A stretch of DNA of 64,000 nucleotides from Antedon mediterranea (Eukaryota > Animalia > Echinodermata): assembly GCF_964355755.1 (NCBI RefSeq), contig NC_092679.1, positions 11,577,432 through 11,641,431 of the forward strand. The letters run 5' to 3'. This document shows, piece after piece, positions 47,785 through 61,107 of this stretch. The notes under the pieces were generated by a model that worked only from the letters and a program-made list of their open reading frames with translations, was not told where the DNA came from and searched no databases. The translations under genes and the position numbers were made by a program. The number at the start of each line of letters is the position of its first letter. Position 1 is the first letter of the stretch.

Positions 47785-48527
47785 AACAAGGCCAACAGCC
47801 ATTAAGTCGCGTGCTACAATGCATAGTGATACCGGACCGACAGACAGACAGACCGACAGACAGACAGACAGACAGAGCGACCGACCGACATAGTGAACTA
47901 TACTGACCGAAATTACTGAACATGTTTAAAAATGTTGAAATGTTTAAAAACATTTATTTTTTTAAATTTACACGTGCGTAGCCTGTCACTTTCGATGTGC
48001 TCGTATAACGTAATTTCGAGTTGAAAAGTAAGTCAAGAAAACAGAAATCGGGCAAAAAGAGTGCGCAATTTTGTAAACGCTTAAAATTGCCTGAAATGTA
48101 CTCTTATTTCATCGAAAATAAATTTTGAAAATGTAAAGCACGCGTACGCATGCGTTACATGCGCTACGCACGTAATTGTATTGCCATATGATGATTTATG
48201 CCCTGAAATTTATGAGTACCAAATATTATTTAATTGTGATTCATGGTTGTGAAGATATGATTACAAACGTGATTTCGTTAAATCGTGCGTAGACCGCGTA
48301 ATTTTTTATTGCGCACCGTGAAAACATAACCACATTGATTCCTGGCCATAAGGAATATACTGTGAAAAATTGACCGACCTAGCTAGATTAAACTGATATC
48401 AAGATAAGGTCAGAAAGCGATAAAACGCATAGTGATACCGGACCGACAGACAGACAGACCGACAGAGAGACCGACAGACAGACCGACCGACATAGTGAAC
48501 TATAGAGTCGCTTCCACGCGATTAAAA
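47785..48527 (-). mobile_element. Helentron-associated non-autonomous element (HINE/DINE-1-like), copy 1
   Basis: Subterminal IR TCGCGTG/CACGCGA, two core repeats each with a (GACA/GACC)n microsatellite, a terminal hairpin (GGCCAACAGCC on the + strand), and T-rich ends. Confidence 0.8.
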
Positions 48528-48822
48528 AAAATTCAGAAATAGAGGCCTAAACAAGTTACCCTTTTTTTATTTTATTTGGAGGGGAATGCGTCCACAAGCG
48601 TAGACCATTTTCCGTCGGGGAAATCAGTTTATTTCCCAGATGTGAATCTGGAATTTCGATGTACGAGCAGTTCATGACATACAGGACATTGGAAATGTAA
48701 TAACTTAGCTATAATAAGATGTTGGCTAAACGAAAATGGCATGTTTTTTTGTTTAGTAATGTAGGCCGAGCCTACAGTGAAAAACGTCTATTTCAGGTTC
48801 AGGTAATCGTAAATTTAAATTT

Positions 48823-49638
48823 AACAAGGCCAACAGCCATTAAGTCGCGTGCTACAATGCATAGTGATACCGGACCGACAGACAAACAGACCGACAGACA
48901 GACAGACAGACCGACAGACAGACGGACCGACCGACATAGTGAACTATACTGACCGAAATTACTGAACATGTTTAAAAATTTTGAAATGTTTAAAAACATT
49001 TATATTTTTTTAATTTACACGTGCGTAGCCTGTCACTTTTGACGTGCTCGTATAACGTAATTTCGAGTTGAAAAGTAAGTCAAGAAAACAGAAATCGGGC
49101 AAAAAGAGTGCGCAATAACATTTAACGCGCAGTGCGCGCGCAAAAATCTGCGCACTCATGGCAATTTTGTAAACGCTTAAAATTGCCTGAAACGTACTCT
49201 TATTTCATCGAAAATAAATTTTTAAAATTTTAAGCGCGCGTACGCATGCGTTACATGCGCTACGCACGTAATTGTATTGCCATTATGATGATTTATGCCC
49301 TGAAATTTATGAGTACCAAATTTTATTTAATTGTGATTCATGGTTGTTAAGATAATGATTACAAACGTGATTTCGTTAAATCGTGCGTAGACCGCGTAAT
49401 TTTTTATTGCGCACCGTGAAAACATAACCACATCGATTCCTGGCCATAAGGAATATTCTGTGAAAAATTGACTTAGCTAGAGTAAACTGATATCAAGATA
49501 AGGTCATAAAGCGATAAAACGCATAGTGATACCGGACCGACAGACAGACAGACCGACAGACAGACCGACAGACAGACCGACAGACAGACCGACCGACCGA
49601 CATAGTGAACTATAGAGTCGCTTCCACGCGACTAAAAA
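48823..49638 (-). mobile_element. Helentron-associated non-autonomous element, copy 2
   Basis: Nearly identical to copy 1 in the same orientation, with an extra ~50-bp segment at ~49117-49165. Confidence 0.8.
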
Positions 49639-51673
49639 TTGAACATACGAACAATAAAATAGATCGCGAAGATAATTCGTACCCTTTTGCTGTCGATACA
49701 CAGTACACGACGTAACGCGTCAGTAAACTTCGCCTGGAAAGTAACTACAGTACACATTCTGGTCCCTGGGTGGAACATGATATCACGCGTAAACCGCAAT
49801 GGGCCGGGCCTAATGTAGACTTGCCCCAAGTCTGTATTGTTTGTTTTTTTATTTATTTGTTTTTATTTCGACCGCGATTTTTGTCTGAAAATACAGACTT
49901 GTGAAACACGTATAGAAATCGATTTGCAGACCGCTAACATCCGATAAGAATGACGTAGGTTATCATACCTTATTTGGCTATATGGGGCGGGCGGTATGTA
50001 AATATGGATTTCGAATCAACCAATGATCATTTTGTTTCAAAATGAAAAAGATCGAGTACGTACAGTGCTGAATGTACGATCGAGACTGTTGAAATATAAA
50101 ATCGTAATGCCAAGTTGTTTTGTTTATTAATTGTTTAGTCCTTGGCCTAGGCCTCCTTTGTAGGTCCTACAACTCGCACGTATGACCTGCCAAATAAAAT
50201 GCCAATAAAGTAGGCCTACATACCACCACCGGCACACAACAGGGCTACACCACCACACAGAACAGGACAGGGTCTGGGTGGGAATTAAATCAAAATTATC
50301 TCCAGTGGGACAGCCAGTCGACAAATCGTGTCAAATTTCGACTCGGAGAGGGCGCCCTACTTTTCTAATTTAGTTCAAAATTGCTAAATTTTAGGGTGTT
50401 GGATTTGGAAAAACACAATATTTGTAAATTTAGCTGATTATCGGAAAAATATTGTTAGTGAAATAAATTCATAAATGGTTTTAATATATTGTCATGTAAA
50501 ATTAAATGTATTTGAACAAAACGATAATCTGTAATTTAACGGCAAAATCAACCAATGTCTTTTTTCCGAAATTGTACCCTAGAAAATCGTTAAAATAAAA
50601 TATTTAGAAAAATTGAACAGTCCTGAATTTAAAATCCCTGTTAGAAAAATTAATAATCTACAGAATACGATATTAAGATACAAAATTCGGTGGTTGGGAT
50701 GCAGCTCCGACTATTCAAACAAAAGGTACCACTATTTGTTCCATCGAAAACTAGCGAAACCGCCATTTTGTAAACACATCGTCATCGTGTTTATGAATTT
50801 ATTTATAGCGAACGATATAGGCCTACGCGATGTTTATAATTGTCCGCGTATAAGAATTCATATAAATAAATACATTCCAATACAACGTATATTATTACTT
50901 GTTTATTTATCACAGTATACATTTTAGTTGAGGAATATTTATCATAACTATTATAATAGCTTTTATACGAGTCCGAGGCCTAGCCCTATTAGCGAGCGAT
51001 TGTTCCAGGGGCGGAAAGTCACTTAGTGACGTTGTGATCGGGCGCGTCGGGCCTAGCTAATATTAATAATATGACCTGAAATAACCGGCTAACAAGAACT
51101 GTTATATACTTGCTTACAATTGTTTTGTTATTGATGAACAAACAAGCAATTAGATTGAATAACAATAATAATAATTTAATTATTTATTCATTTGTTTTGG
51201 GTAAAAACATGTACAAACTAGTACGCTATAATATAAATTAATAGTAATATTAAACTAATACAGTATTAATAAAATATAAAATAGGCCTAACATACAATAA
51301 ATATTCAATTTTTAAGGTCTAACACATGAAAATAACATAATTTACAGAGTATAGTGTAGTAGGTTTGCATTCAACATAAATATTTGTATTGTAATTCATC
51401 TAAATCCTCTGCAACATACATATATTTGTAATTCAACATTTTGTTTTAAATAATTAAATTATAGTTTGGGTATGACAATGTTGGTAGGTACCGGTGTCAT
51501 CTTTTTATCCACTTCACTCTCAGTTTGAAGTCACAAAGACAAAGAACTCTGCATCATCAACGATTCCTGAAAGTGTCAGAAAAAATAATAAATATTATTT
51601 AAAAAAAATTTTACTTACTCGTAATCAGTACAACTTAACGACTATCGGATCAGCATCAACACAGTACAACACA

Positions 51674-52759
51674 GGGTGTCACGAAACCTAAGACCACGAA
51701 AGCTCAGACCCCCTAAGACCTAAGATCACGAAAGCTAAGACCCAACACCTAAGATTACAAATACTAAGATATACTACAGCTTAAAAACAATAATTGTTTA
51801 TCCATACATAATTTTAAACACAGTAGGTTTCATTTATTACCATAAATATAATTTAATACTACCGCAAAACATAGATAAACTCACATTATTTTCGCCCGTT
51901 GAGTAAATGTATATTTTTTCTTTACAACAAACAAACTTGACGGGTTGTTTGTTGGTATATATTTACTCCATTGTGTTGGTTCAGAGGATGTTTTTCTTAC
52001 GCACCTGCCTTTCTTGTATTTTGACTCCAAATTTGTTGACTAACTTTATCCTGAACACCACACTTTAACATTAGGACTTATAAGTACTTTCAGAAGGAGA
52101 AACACATAATAACAAATAAATAAATCCTTTAAATTGATGATTTTACAGATGTGTTTCTTTGTATACTGTAATACTAATGTAACTCCTCGAGCTCCCCATG
52201 CTCAATGTTTTTGTTTCTATGGAGCGCCAAAAGAGCAACAATAATAGTACAAGTATAAAAACAGAAAGAAAACGAAACAAAAAAACTTATCATGATTTTT
52301 AAATTAAAATTTATTTGCCAGTATTTATTTCTTCGTACTTGCATGATTATACTATTATCATTACAATTTTAATTTTACATTGTTCCATCCACACTGTAGA
52401 TGGACTCCACAGAGTTTTCAGCCCTCTATATAATTTTTGCTCTTTTGACGTTCCATAGAAACAAAAACATTGAACATGGCCCATGGGGTAGGCCTACTGT
52501 ACTGTAGGCTAGTCATTTTGTGTGCGAGAAAAACGTCTGTAAAATCATCAATTTAAAAATGTATTTGTTACTTTTTATGTGATTCTTTTTCATGAAAGTG
52601 CCAATTCTAAGGTGTGGTATTCAGAATAAATGTTGGGAGTTAAAATACAAGGCAGGTGCGAAAGATAAATATTTGTAATCTTAGGTATTGGGTCTTAGCT
52701 TTCGTGATCTTAGGTCTTAGGGGGTCTGAGCTTTCGTGGTCTTAGGTTTCGTGACACCC
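51674..52759. mobile_element. MULE-like MITE with repeat-rich long TIRs and 10-bp TSD
   Basis: GGGTGTCACGAAACCTAAGACCACGAAAGCT... mirrored at ~52680-52759. TSD GTACAACACA at 51664-51673 and 52760-52769. Confidence 0.9.
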
Positions 52760-54597
52760 GTACAACACACGTCTCGCTATCGCCTATACTGACACACGTG
52801 TCTCGCGTTGCCGAAACCACGCTCACAGCTAGAAAATGTACCTACCTTTCGAGGCCTGAGAATACACCAACAAATTTTTAACAGGATAGAAATATATCAT
52901 ACTCGATTAAACTAATATTATTCTTGATAAAACAATTGATTATAATTTTTTTAATTTGTTGGGATGCACCTCCGACTATTCAGAAAATGGACAACAAAAC
53001 AGTAGTCAAATCGTACCACATTTATAAATTTCACGAGTCCCGGCTTCGGTTTCTTTGAAGGAAACCGATTGGTTATTCAATTATACTTATTAGGAAATGC
53101 TTTTACCATAATAGGTAATGTTGGGCGGTTCTTAAATATTCATGAGAGCTTAAAATAAAACAGCACTTATTTGCTAGGCGACGAAAAATCGTGGTTTCAG
53201 TTTTCAACGATAGGTGGCGCTTCAAAATCGTCAATGCGGAAGTAAGTCGATTTTACACGATTTAACGGTCAAAACGCGAAGTGGCTTTCCCACTGTCTCC
53301 GCCTAATAAATGATCCATTCAATGTTTGATTTGCGGAGAAGCTAGCCTATCATATCAAGACGAGTTTTCATGTTCTTGGGAAAAATCCCATCAAATGTTT
53401 ACCAGACTATTTCAAACTTTCATCAATGTACCCAAGTACACATTGTCTAAACGTAACATAGCGCATGCGCATCATCTTAGTTGTTGAGTCTTTGAAATTC
53501 TGAAATATGAATATTAAAACAGTGTACGAGTGAGTAGCCAATCGCATGCAGCTGAGACTAGCTGACCGGATAGTCGTATGCACCAAGAATTCTTGGTGTC
53601 AAACCACGTGACTTGTGCGTGTTTCCCCGACGAAGTATCCAAAATCAAGTAGTATACGTATGAAACGCCATATGTGCCAAAATATTTATCTTTTTACTAA
53701 TATTAAGACAAAACTCCGTCTGGAACCCAGACTAGGCCTAATGTTAAACGATTCGTACAAAGGGACACCGCCAGACAAGTGCATACCTATTGTTTATTAG
53801 ATCGCTGGCAATAATGCATGCATAATAAAGTGTAATAGCCCTCCGACGTACTTAACAAAAATAGAACTTCGCAGTTTTCTAGTCGCTGAAGCTACGAAGT
53901 GAACGCGAATTATTTTTACTTTATATTATATTCCCCGACGAAAAGTACTCGCGTTCCCCGACGTGGGGGCTAGGCTCCCCGATGAGGGGGATACAGCCCC
54001 CGTAGCCCCCCCCCCCCCCGCTGGCGCCACCACTGGCGTATATGAACACATGAGATGGAAAGATTAGAACCACGAGAATAAAAAATGTATTTTTGTGTAT
54101 TGTAATTGTTTAATTTTGCTGACTTATTACTCGGACTGTGTCATACATAACAGTAACACACACGTCACACCCACACAGATTACTAGAATAGACATGGGCT
54201 TTAGAGACTAATAATTAGGCCTAATAGTATTAATAAAAACTATAATTTTAACACGTAATTCTTTAGTAATACATTATATTAAAAACACTATCATAAACTA
54301 ATGGCAGATTATTTCGACAATCCACACAAAACGCAGCTATTCTTTTATGAAATCCCACGCCGCAACCACAGCGGAGATAGGCCTAGAATCGTATCGCAGT
54401 TATGTCAAAGATAGCGCCACGAAGTACGTGGCGCTATCGTGGCGCTATAAGATCTTTGGTGGTGTCGTGGTAATCGCTTCTTGTTGCTATACGCTTGGGT
54501 ACACACGGAACAAGAAAATGTAACTGATGAATTATTCATGTTTATTTTGTGACGTTTCATTAAGGGGTCCCCAACTTATGTACGAAAAAAAAATCGC

Positions 54598-54831
54598 AAG
54601 CCGGACTGCTATACCTTAATTATTTATTTTTTCAATTTTTAACCCTTTTTTAACTGGTGGTCACGACCTAAAGTTGTCCGCAACTTATTTTGACCTCCAT
54701 CTGCACATTTTTGATGTTTTTATGTTTATTGTAATTTTTAAGTTATGTGTCTATCTTATTTGCAATTTGTAATTTTTATCTTTTATTTTCAAATGTTTTT
54801 AGAGAAACTAATAAAACAAACAAACAAACAA
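54598..54831 (+). mobile_element. 3' UTR and tail of the same LINE, displaced by the MULE insertion
   Basis: Resumes after the 9-bp TSD and ends AATAAAA(CAAA)n. Possible TSD AACTAG at 42052-42057 and 54832-54837. Confidence 0.7.
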
Positions 54832-55599
54832 AACTAGTCGAGTCAATCAGAAATTCATTCTGCGCATGCTCAGAAACTTATCTACACTTATCTGTGCGCG
54901 GTATAGTATAGTAGGCCTATTTATTTTATTAAAACATATTTAGGCAGGATTCAGCTGACGAGAATCATCATAAGTAAGATAGGTATGTTTTGTATCAACC
55001 TTAATAATAGGCATGTGGTGTATTGCAAACCTTCAAACAATATTATTATATTAATTTTTTACTGACAATTTTGTTTTTTTGCTTCTCGAGTCTCGTATTA
55101 ATTCGACCCCATCATCCGGAGAGATTCTGTGAGAGGAAGTGTGGTGTGGTCGGATCAACCACGCTGTCATTTATTCAAGCAGGGATTTGTTATTAGATAA
55201 GATATCTTAGTTTTAATAGTGATATCTCTATTAATAGAGATATATTAGTTTAAACTAAGATATCTTAGTTGAACTAAGATATCTTTAATTCCGAATGATT
55301 TTCCGCCATACTCATTCCCTGCTTGTCGGCCTCCTGTTACGCTCAACTGAATCGCAAAACCTCTTAATCACCCGTTGTTGTTATACAGTAGCAATTCAAG
55401 GTTCACCTTTACAACAATTGTCTATAGATTTCTATAGAGAACGGAGCTCGGGTATTTTATAGAAGTACACAATTTCTATAGTCAATGAATGATTTAGGCG
55501 CCTAGACAAATTAAGTGGTTTATTTCTTGTCTTTTTATAAGAATTCAAATAATCTATATTCTTAGATTGTTCGACTTTCTATTTTAAATAATCACGGTC

Positions 55600-58110
55600 A
55601 CGAGAAAGGGAAACAAATTAGTCCGTAAGCAATGGGATATCAGTTCCCTTCGCCTTGGTAGCATGAATCACTAATATCTACGCAAGATCAGAAATACGTT
55701 TTTTATTTCAAATGTTTTTGAATGTGTCATTTTATTGTCACATAATAGTTATTTTACCTGAAAAAATGTAATTTAAAGCAAGAAATACTTAAATTGTCTG
55801 TCAGACAATGGTTTTTGGGTTTCTTTTCTCTTTTGATATGTGAATAGATATAATTTTTTTGGTTACAGAAGGAAATACTCAATTTCTGTCACTTTAGTTA
55901 ATTTTATTGCAAAGGTCAAGTCTGGAGGTCACTTCATCACCCTAGATATTTCAAGTGTGAAGTGTCCTATTACAAACACAAACTTTAATGGACTGTTTTG
56001 ATAATAATTCAATGAGTATCTGACAGTGAATTACAGTCAAAAGTCAGTATTATAGTCAAATGGGACTCATAAATACCAGAAATGCTTTGGGATTTGTAAT
56101 TTTAGCATGACATGTCCTAATAGACTCTTTTCCCAGACATTTTTTGGGTCTAGAAGCTGGAATCTATAAATTATAGTGGAGTTTCCATTTTCGCAAAACT
56201 GTCGTCCTTAGAACTATAACTGCTGCTTGCTTTAGCTTCTGATTGAGTAGTCCTAATGGGACGTAGCTGGCTAGAGCAGCAGCGTGAAAATTAAGTCCAT
56301 ACAGACTACTGTTTTCCGTTACACGCGTTGAGGTTTTGATAGCATGTATTGGAAAATTAATTTGTGGAGGGTTTTACTGATCCGGGAATGCTGTTTATCG
56401 AATATATTCCAGTTTAAATCACCAACAACAATAATCACTATCTGGAATAAAAGATATTTGATCAGCACTATATCAACAAATTCAGCATACGAATTCGGTG
56501 GTCTATAGACATTACCTATAACAAACGGTTTAGTGTTAACCGGCTCAATTTGTATCCATACCAATTTAACTGTATTTTCACAATATCAATGACATAAAAA
56601 TCAACATTTTCATTTACATGAAGCTACCCAACCTTCCTGTCTATTTCTGTCTGCTCTAACTAGTAGGTATCTCGGGATTGCAAGTTCACTATTTATGTCC
56701 GGCTATATTTTGATCTAGCCATGAGGTCTCACTATATAATTCCTAAAACATGGAAACGGCATTCCGAAGTTAAATTCCGAACATAAACTACCTTATTGTA
56801 GAGACTTCTGACATTTAAATGACCAATTTTAAAGCCTTTTGTACATTCAATCAATATCGCATAATTTTCATAGTATGCATGGAACTGAACTAAAACAGGA
56901 TAAACAACGGAGTCGTTACGTAATTCACCATTGTCTACATCGTTGTATAAATGGCTTCCTACATTGCTATGCTCGTTGAATGAGTGAATTGCTTAAAATG
57001 TTTATCAAACGCGTTACAAATAAATCGGGAATTATCTTTATCATTACCTTTACAGTTAGGGATCGGAAAGTTCTAGATAAAACCACTTTCTCGTTACTCT
57101 GCTAGTGATGGTATGTATGCGATCAACAACAGAAACTGCAGATATCACTGATGCATAGTTTTGCTTAGCCTACAGTCCGTAGTAAACTTGATCTTTTTCT
57201 CGTAAGGTTTTCATGAATGTATATAGCTCCCCTTCAGTTTCTTTTTGCTATACTTCATTTCTAACATTATACGAACTAAACTTCACTATATTCCTCTTCC
57301 TCTTACATTTTTCTTAACGTTTAGCCCCAATATATGTCTATATGGCTGTGTAATTTATACAACACCCTAAAGTTGAATCCGTCTTTAATGTTTAGCGTGT
57401 TGCACGGGCCGAGGTCAACCCCACAAAAACCTTGCAGTTATACATGAAATCGTAATACCGTGTTATACCGTAGTTCATAATCCTAAGTTTGTATAATATA
57501 CTTGCATGCATTATGAATTAATATGAGTTTATATTAAGGATTTTAATAAAGGATGATTTCGTTTAAAATTTAGTTTATTCAATTATTGATTTTTTAAATC
57601 TGCTTTTGAAATTAGAAAAAAAATGTTTTAGAATTAGGATAAAACTATGCTACATTTTGCCAAATTATGCTAACATTTGATTAGCGTTAATGTTAAGTGC
57701 TAAATCAGTTAAAATATGCAAAAAAGCACAATTATCTACTAGATTTGGTAAACATTTTCACAGCACATACTTTTATTTAACGAGAGGTCAAAACAATACC
57801 CTGAGGACACTTCTAACACGCCAACAGCAACCGGGAATCCACACAATTTTAGGATTCAGCCAAGTAGCCTTTTTTGCAATTAAAATCTCATTACACGGAA
57901 TCTCTTCGATGTTATACAACACACTTTTTGTAGGCGTGTGGAATATGCGTGTAATAGCGTGTTGTATAAACGCGCCTACTTTTACGTTTAATTTTTGCTT
58001 AAACAAATCCACAACAATATTGTCTGTTATCTCGCCTTGTTTCTCTTCTATTCCGTGAATAATCAAGCACTTCCATCCTTCTTGAATACTGTTCTTCTTC
58101 ATCTAGCTCA
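55600..58110 (-). mobile_element. Highly degenerate CR1/L2-group LINE (ORF1 and APE remnants); boundaries approximate
   Basis: - strand KGFKIGHLNVRSLYNK (~56792-56840), IGNVYRPPNS and VVGDLN (56319-56564), and ORF1-like LIIHGIEEKQGE (~58030-58070). Confidence 0.7.
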
Positions 58111-58569
58111 TTTTGTAAGTCTTCTACCTGTTGTTCGGCTTAGTTCTATAGAATCTATAATATTATATTATATATTATATTATATTTCTCATTATTTATG
58201 GATGATTATCTCATCAATTGGATATTGATAGTTATGCTCATTTTGAAATAATACAGTACCGGTACCATTTTTTTTCTAACGATTAAAAATGTATTATTTA
58301 AATTATATAATTGCAACTATGGGATGAGCATGTGATGAATTTAATATTAAAAATTATTATTATAAATTGATAAATTATTATCAGAAAACCTTTTCCATTT
58401 GTTATCGTTAAAAATGTAAAAAGATTTATATGATTTTTTCTAGACTAGTTAGACAAATTAAAAATCAAATAGAAATACAATAAAAAGAAGAAAAAATGCA
58501 GAAAAACAAAAACAATATGGCACTATTATTATTAGTGATTAGGGAATTAACTCCCCTATAGTATAATAT

Positions 58570-59690
58570 GAAAAAAAGTAAATCAAAGAAAAGCAGATGG
58601 CGTCGTGGTAACGTAATTAAGGAATGTAATGTTTGTTTTTTTTATCCCATATTTTACTATTTTATATAACTGTTCACTAGATTAAATAAGGCACCTACTA
58701 TTTGGAAACGCTCACTGATACAGTCCACTGGCAGAAAGTAGTAATCCTTAAACGCTAAATGACTATAATAGACCTGTAGTGCACTTACAGCGGTGCCTAT
58801 AAAATGTCTTGAAAACATTTTTAAAGGGGAATGACGTTGGAGATAAATTATATTCTTAACAATTTGCATATCGTTTAGCCTACATAGGGGTATAGAATAA
58901 TGTAGATGACGCCGCGGCGTCATAACTTGCTTGGTCATCTTGATTATTATGTTTTTTTTCTAGATTTTTCGTCCGCTTTTAATACTATACAATTACATTT
59001 TAATGAGAAAATGAATATTTTAGGTGTAAACCAGTTATGGATCAATAACATTTTAAAGGATAGGGAACAATATGTCTGTTTTGAACGAGTGTAAATCTGA
59101 ATTCCGCAATGCAATACAATACAAGGCTGTGTCCTTTCACCAAATTTTCTCTCTTTTATACAATACTTTAAACTGTATTATACATGACCAGGTTTTACAA
59201 AGTGTTTTGTAAAATATGCAGATGATACCTGTCTTGTTGGGGTTGTAAATACATACAGATATTACTTAAAGCCGAAAAAGAGATTATTATTTATTATAGG
59301 AAACGTGATATAGACAGTGAGCTTACAATTATGACTGATAAGGTTGAGATTGTAAAACATCATAAATATTTAGGCAAAATAATTGATGATAAATCTAAAT
59401 TGGACAAAAATTAAACATTAAATTACAAAAAAAAGGTGCAAACAGATGCCTTATTTTTTGTTGAAGACGCATGAAGAAATTCTATTTTTTTGCAATGGAA
59501 TCGTAGTGTTGTTTTATGAATAAGTAATTTTATCAGTTTTAACATTTTAAAATGTTAACAAATAGCTTGGTTTTACAGCCTCGATAAACATATACTGTAG
59601 TATGAAGAGAGTAGAGAAAATCAGTAAAAAAGTAAGAACGCTGATAATATTGTAAACAGTGCTGCCACATTAGGATGAGAAACTTTCTTC
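58570..59690 (+). mobile_element. Rex1/Babar-like RT remnant
   Basis: ALTAVPIKCLE, QFAYR, FLDFSSAFNTIQ, QGCVLSP, KYADDT and KYLG motifs, with frameshifts. Confidence 0.75.
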
Positions 59691-59699
59691 CTACTGTAA

Positions 59700-60010
59700 T
59701 GAGGCATGAAACAAACACGGAGTTTCTTAATTCATACGTCTTAAAAAATAAGGCATCTGTTTGCACCTATTGATAGCATATGTTGATTTTTCTTTCTAGA
59801 TTTAAGTTTATCATCAATTATTGTGCCTAAATGATGTTTTACAATCTCAACCTTATCAGTCATAATTGTTGTAATCATCTCTTTTGTTTTCTTGCTATTC
59901 GATCAGCCTAAGTACACCAATAAAAGAGAACCGATTTATATCAGAGTATAACTTGTGTAGAATTATCTTTTACAACCCCAACACGACAGGTATCATCTGT
60001 ATGTTCGCTA
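59700..60010 (-). mobile_element. Second, inverted copy of part of the Rex1/Babar remnant
   Basis: Reverse complements of ~59213-59249, ~59327-59418 and ~59434-59476 are found at ~59968-60004, ~59779-59868 and ~59731-59768. Confidence 0.75.
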
Positions 60011-60954
60011 TCCTTTAACAAGCAATTGATGCTTAAAAGGATAGACTGGTTTACACCTAAAATATTCATTGTATTGGTTGTATACTATTAAAAGCGGATG
60101 AAAATAGAAATAAACCCCCTAGCATAAGTATTAGCACAACCAAGATGATTGTCTTCAATCTTTCTTCAAAACTTTCTCTTGCGTTGTGACACTTCCATCA
60201 TTATCTCTTTCTGTACTTGCCTTATCCGTATTCTTGATGCATTCCTGCTTTCTTTAATTAATTTCTTTAACCACCATGTTTAGACTAAATACTGCATTAG
60301 TATTGAGTGTATGCCTAATTTAATGTGTCTGATGAGTCAAAGAGTCCTAAAATGAAGAATCCCATGGGTCTCTTTCTAGGTAACTACACATAGTACAATG
60401 ATTACAGACAAATACAAGTTATTTTGAGAAAAAAAATTAGTAGGTCAAGTGTTATAACGTTCGTAAAGCTAGTTACTTATTCGCCGTAGAGGTCGTGTAT
60501 CCAAAAAATGTGAAAAAAAATCAAATAGTTTCATCATGGATTAAGGAATCCATGGTTTCATCGATCCATAACAAAATAAGTGGAAAATGATATGATGACA
60601 TATTATAATGGTTACTATGTCGACATAATATTTATATTTATGTCGACTTGACAAGATAAATTATCTTGACAAGTCGCCAAGTGGATGGCAATTATAACGT
60701 ATGTACGTAATACCATGATTCCATAATTTTACATACTAACTAGGCTGGTTGCTACTATTCAAATTAGGCGAACACGTCATAACAAACTTGTTAATTTAAT
60801 TCATGATATTGTTATTGTTTAATGTGACCACGTTTTAAACTATTACTTATTTATTATTATCACATTTATCAAAATGGTGAAAAAGGTTGTTTTGCCACAT
60901 GAAATAAAAAACAATTACCACCTCTTGTTGTTTCTTATTCTACTGGTTTGTAGA

Positions 60955-61107
60955 ATGACGTCTGAGCCGGCGCCGTACGAGCAGTATGAAGATATCAACG
61001 CACAGGATAGAGCGTCTCGCTTTAACAAGTCTTTTACACTGACAGAAGGCTACAGTACGACTGAGCGGATTGCTTACTACGATGAATGGTCAGAGACTTA
61101 TGACGAG
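60955..61107 (+). CDS. Methyltransferase-like 27 (WBSCR27)-like protein, first coding exon
   Basis: Acceptor TTTGTAG| at 60953, ATG at 60955; ...RIAYYDEWSETYDE matches the YDxWaxxYD family motif; |GTATCG donor. Confidence 0.75.

Larger units (their letters stand above)
46608..54035. mobile_element. hAT-like non-autonomous element nested in the MULE
   Basis: TIR CAGGGGTGGCGCCAG / CTGGCGCCACCACTG; 8-bp TSD GCGTATAT at 46600-46607 and 54036-54043; TTCC(C)CGAC subterminal repeats at both ends. Confidence 0.9.
46207..54597. mobile_element. Mutator-like (MULE) non-autonomous element, ~120-bp TIRs, 9-bp TSD
   Basis: GCGATTTTTTTTTTCGTACATAAGTTGGGGACCCC... mirrored at ~54471-54597. TSD AAGCCGGAC at 46198-46206 and 54598-54606. 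Confidence 0.92.

Noticed and set aside
60329-60360. CTGATGAGTC hammerhead-like start
   Set aside because: No closing stem II or GAAAC downstream.
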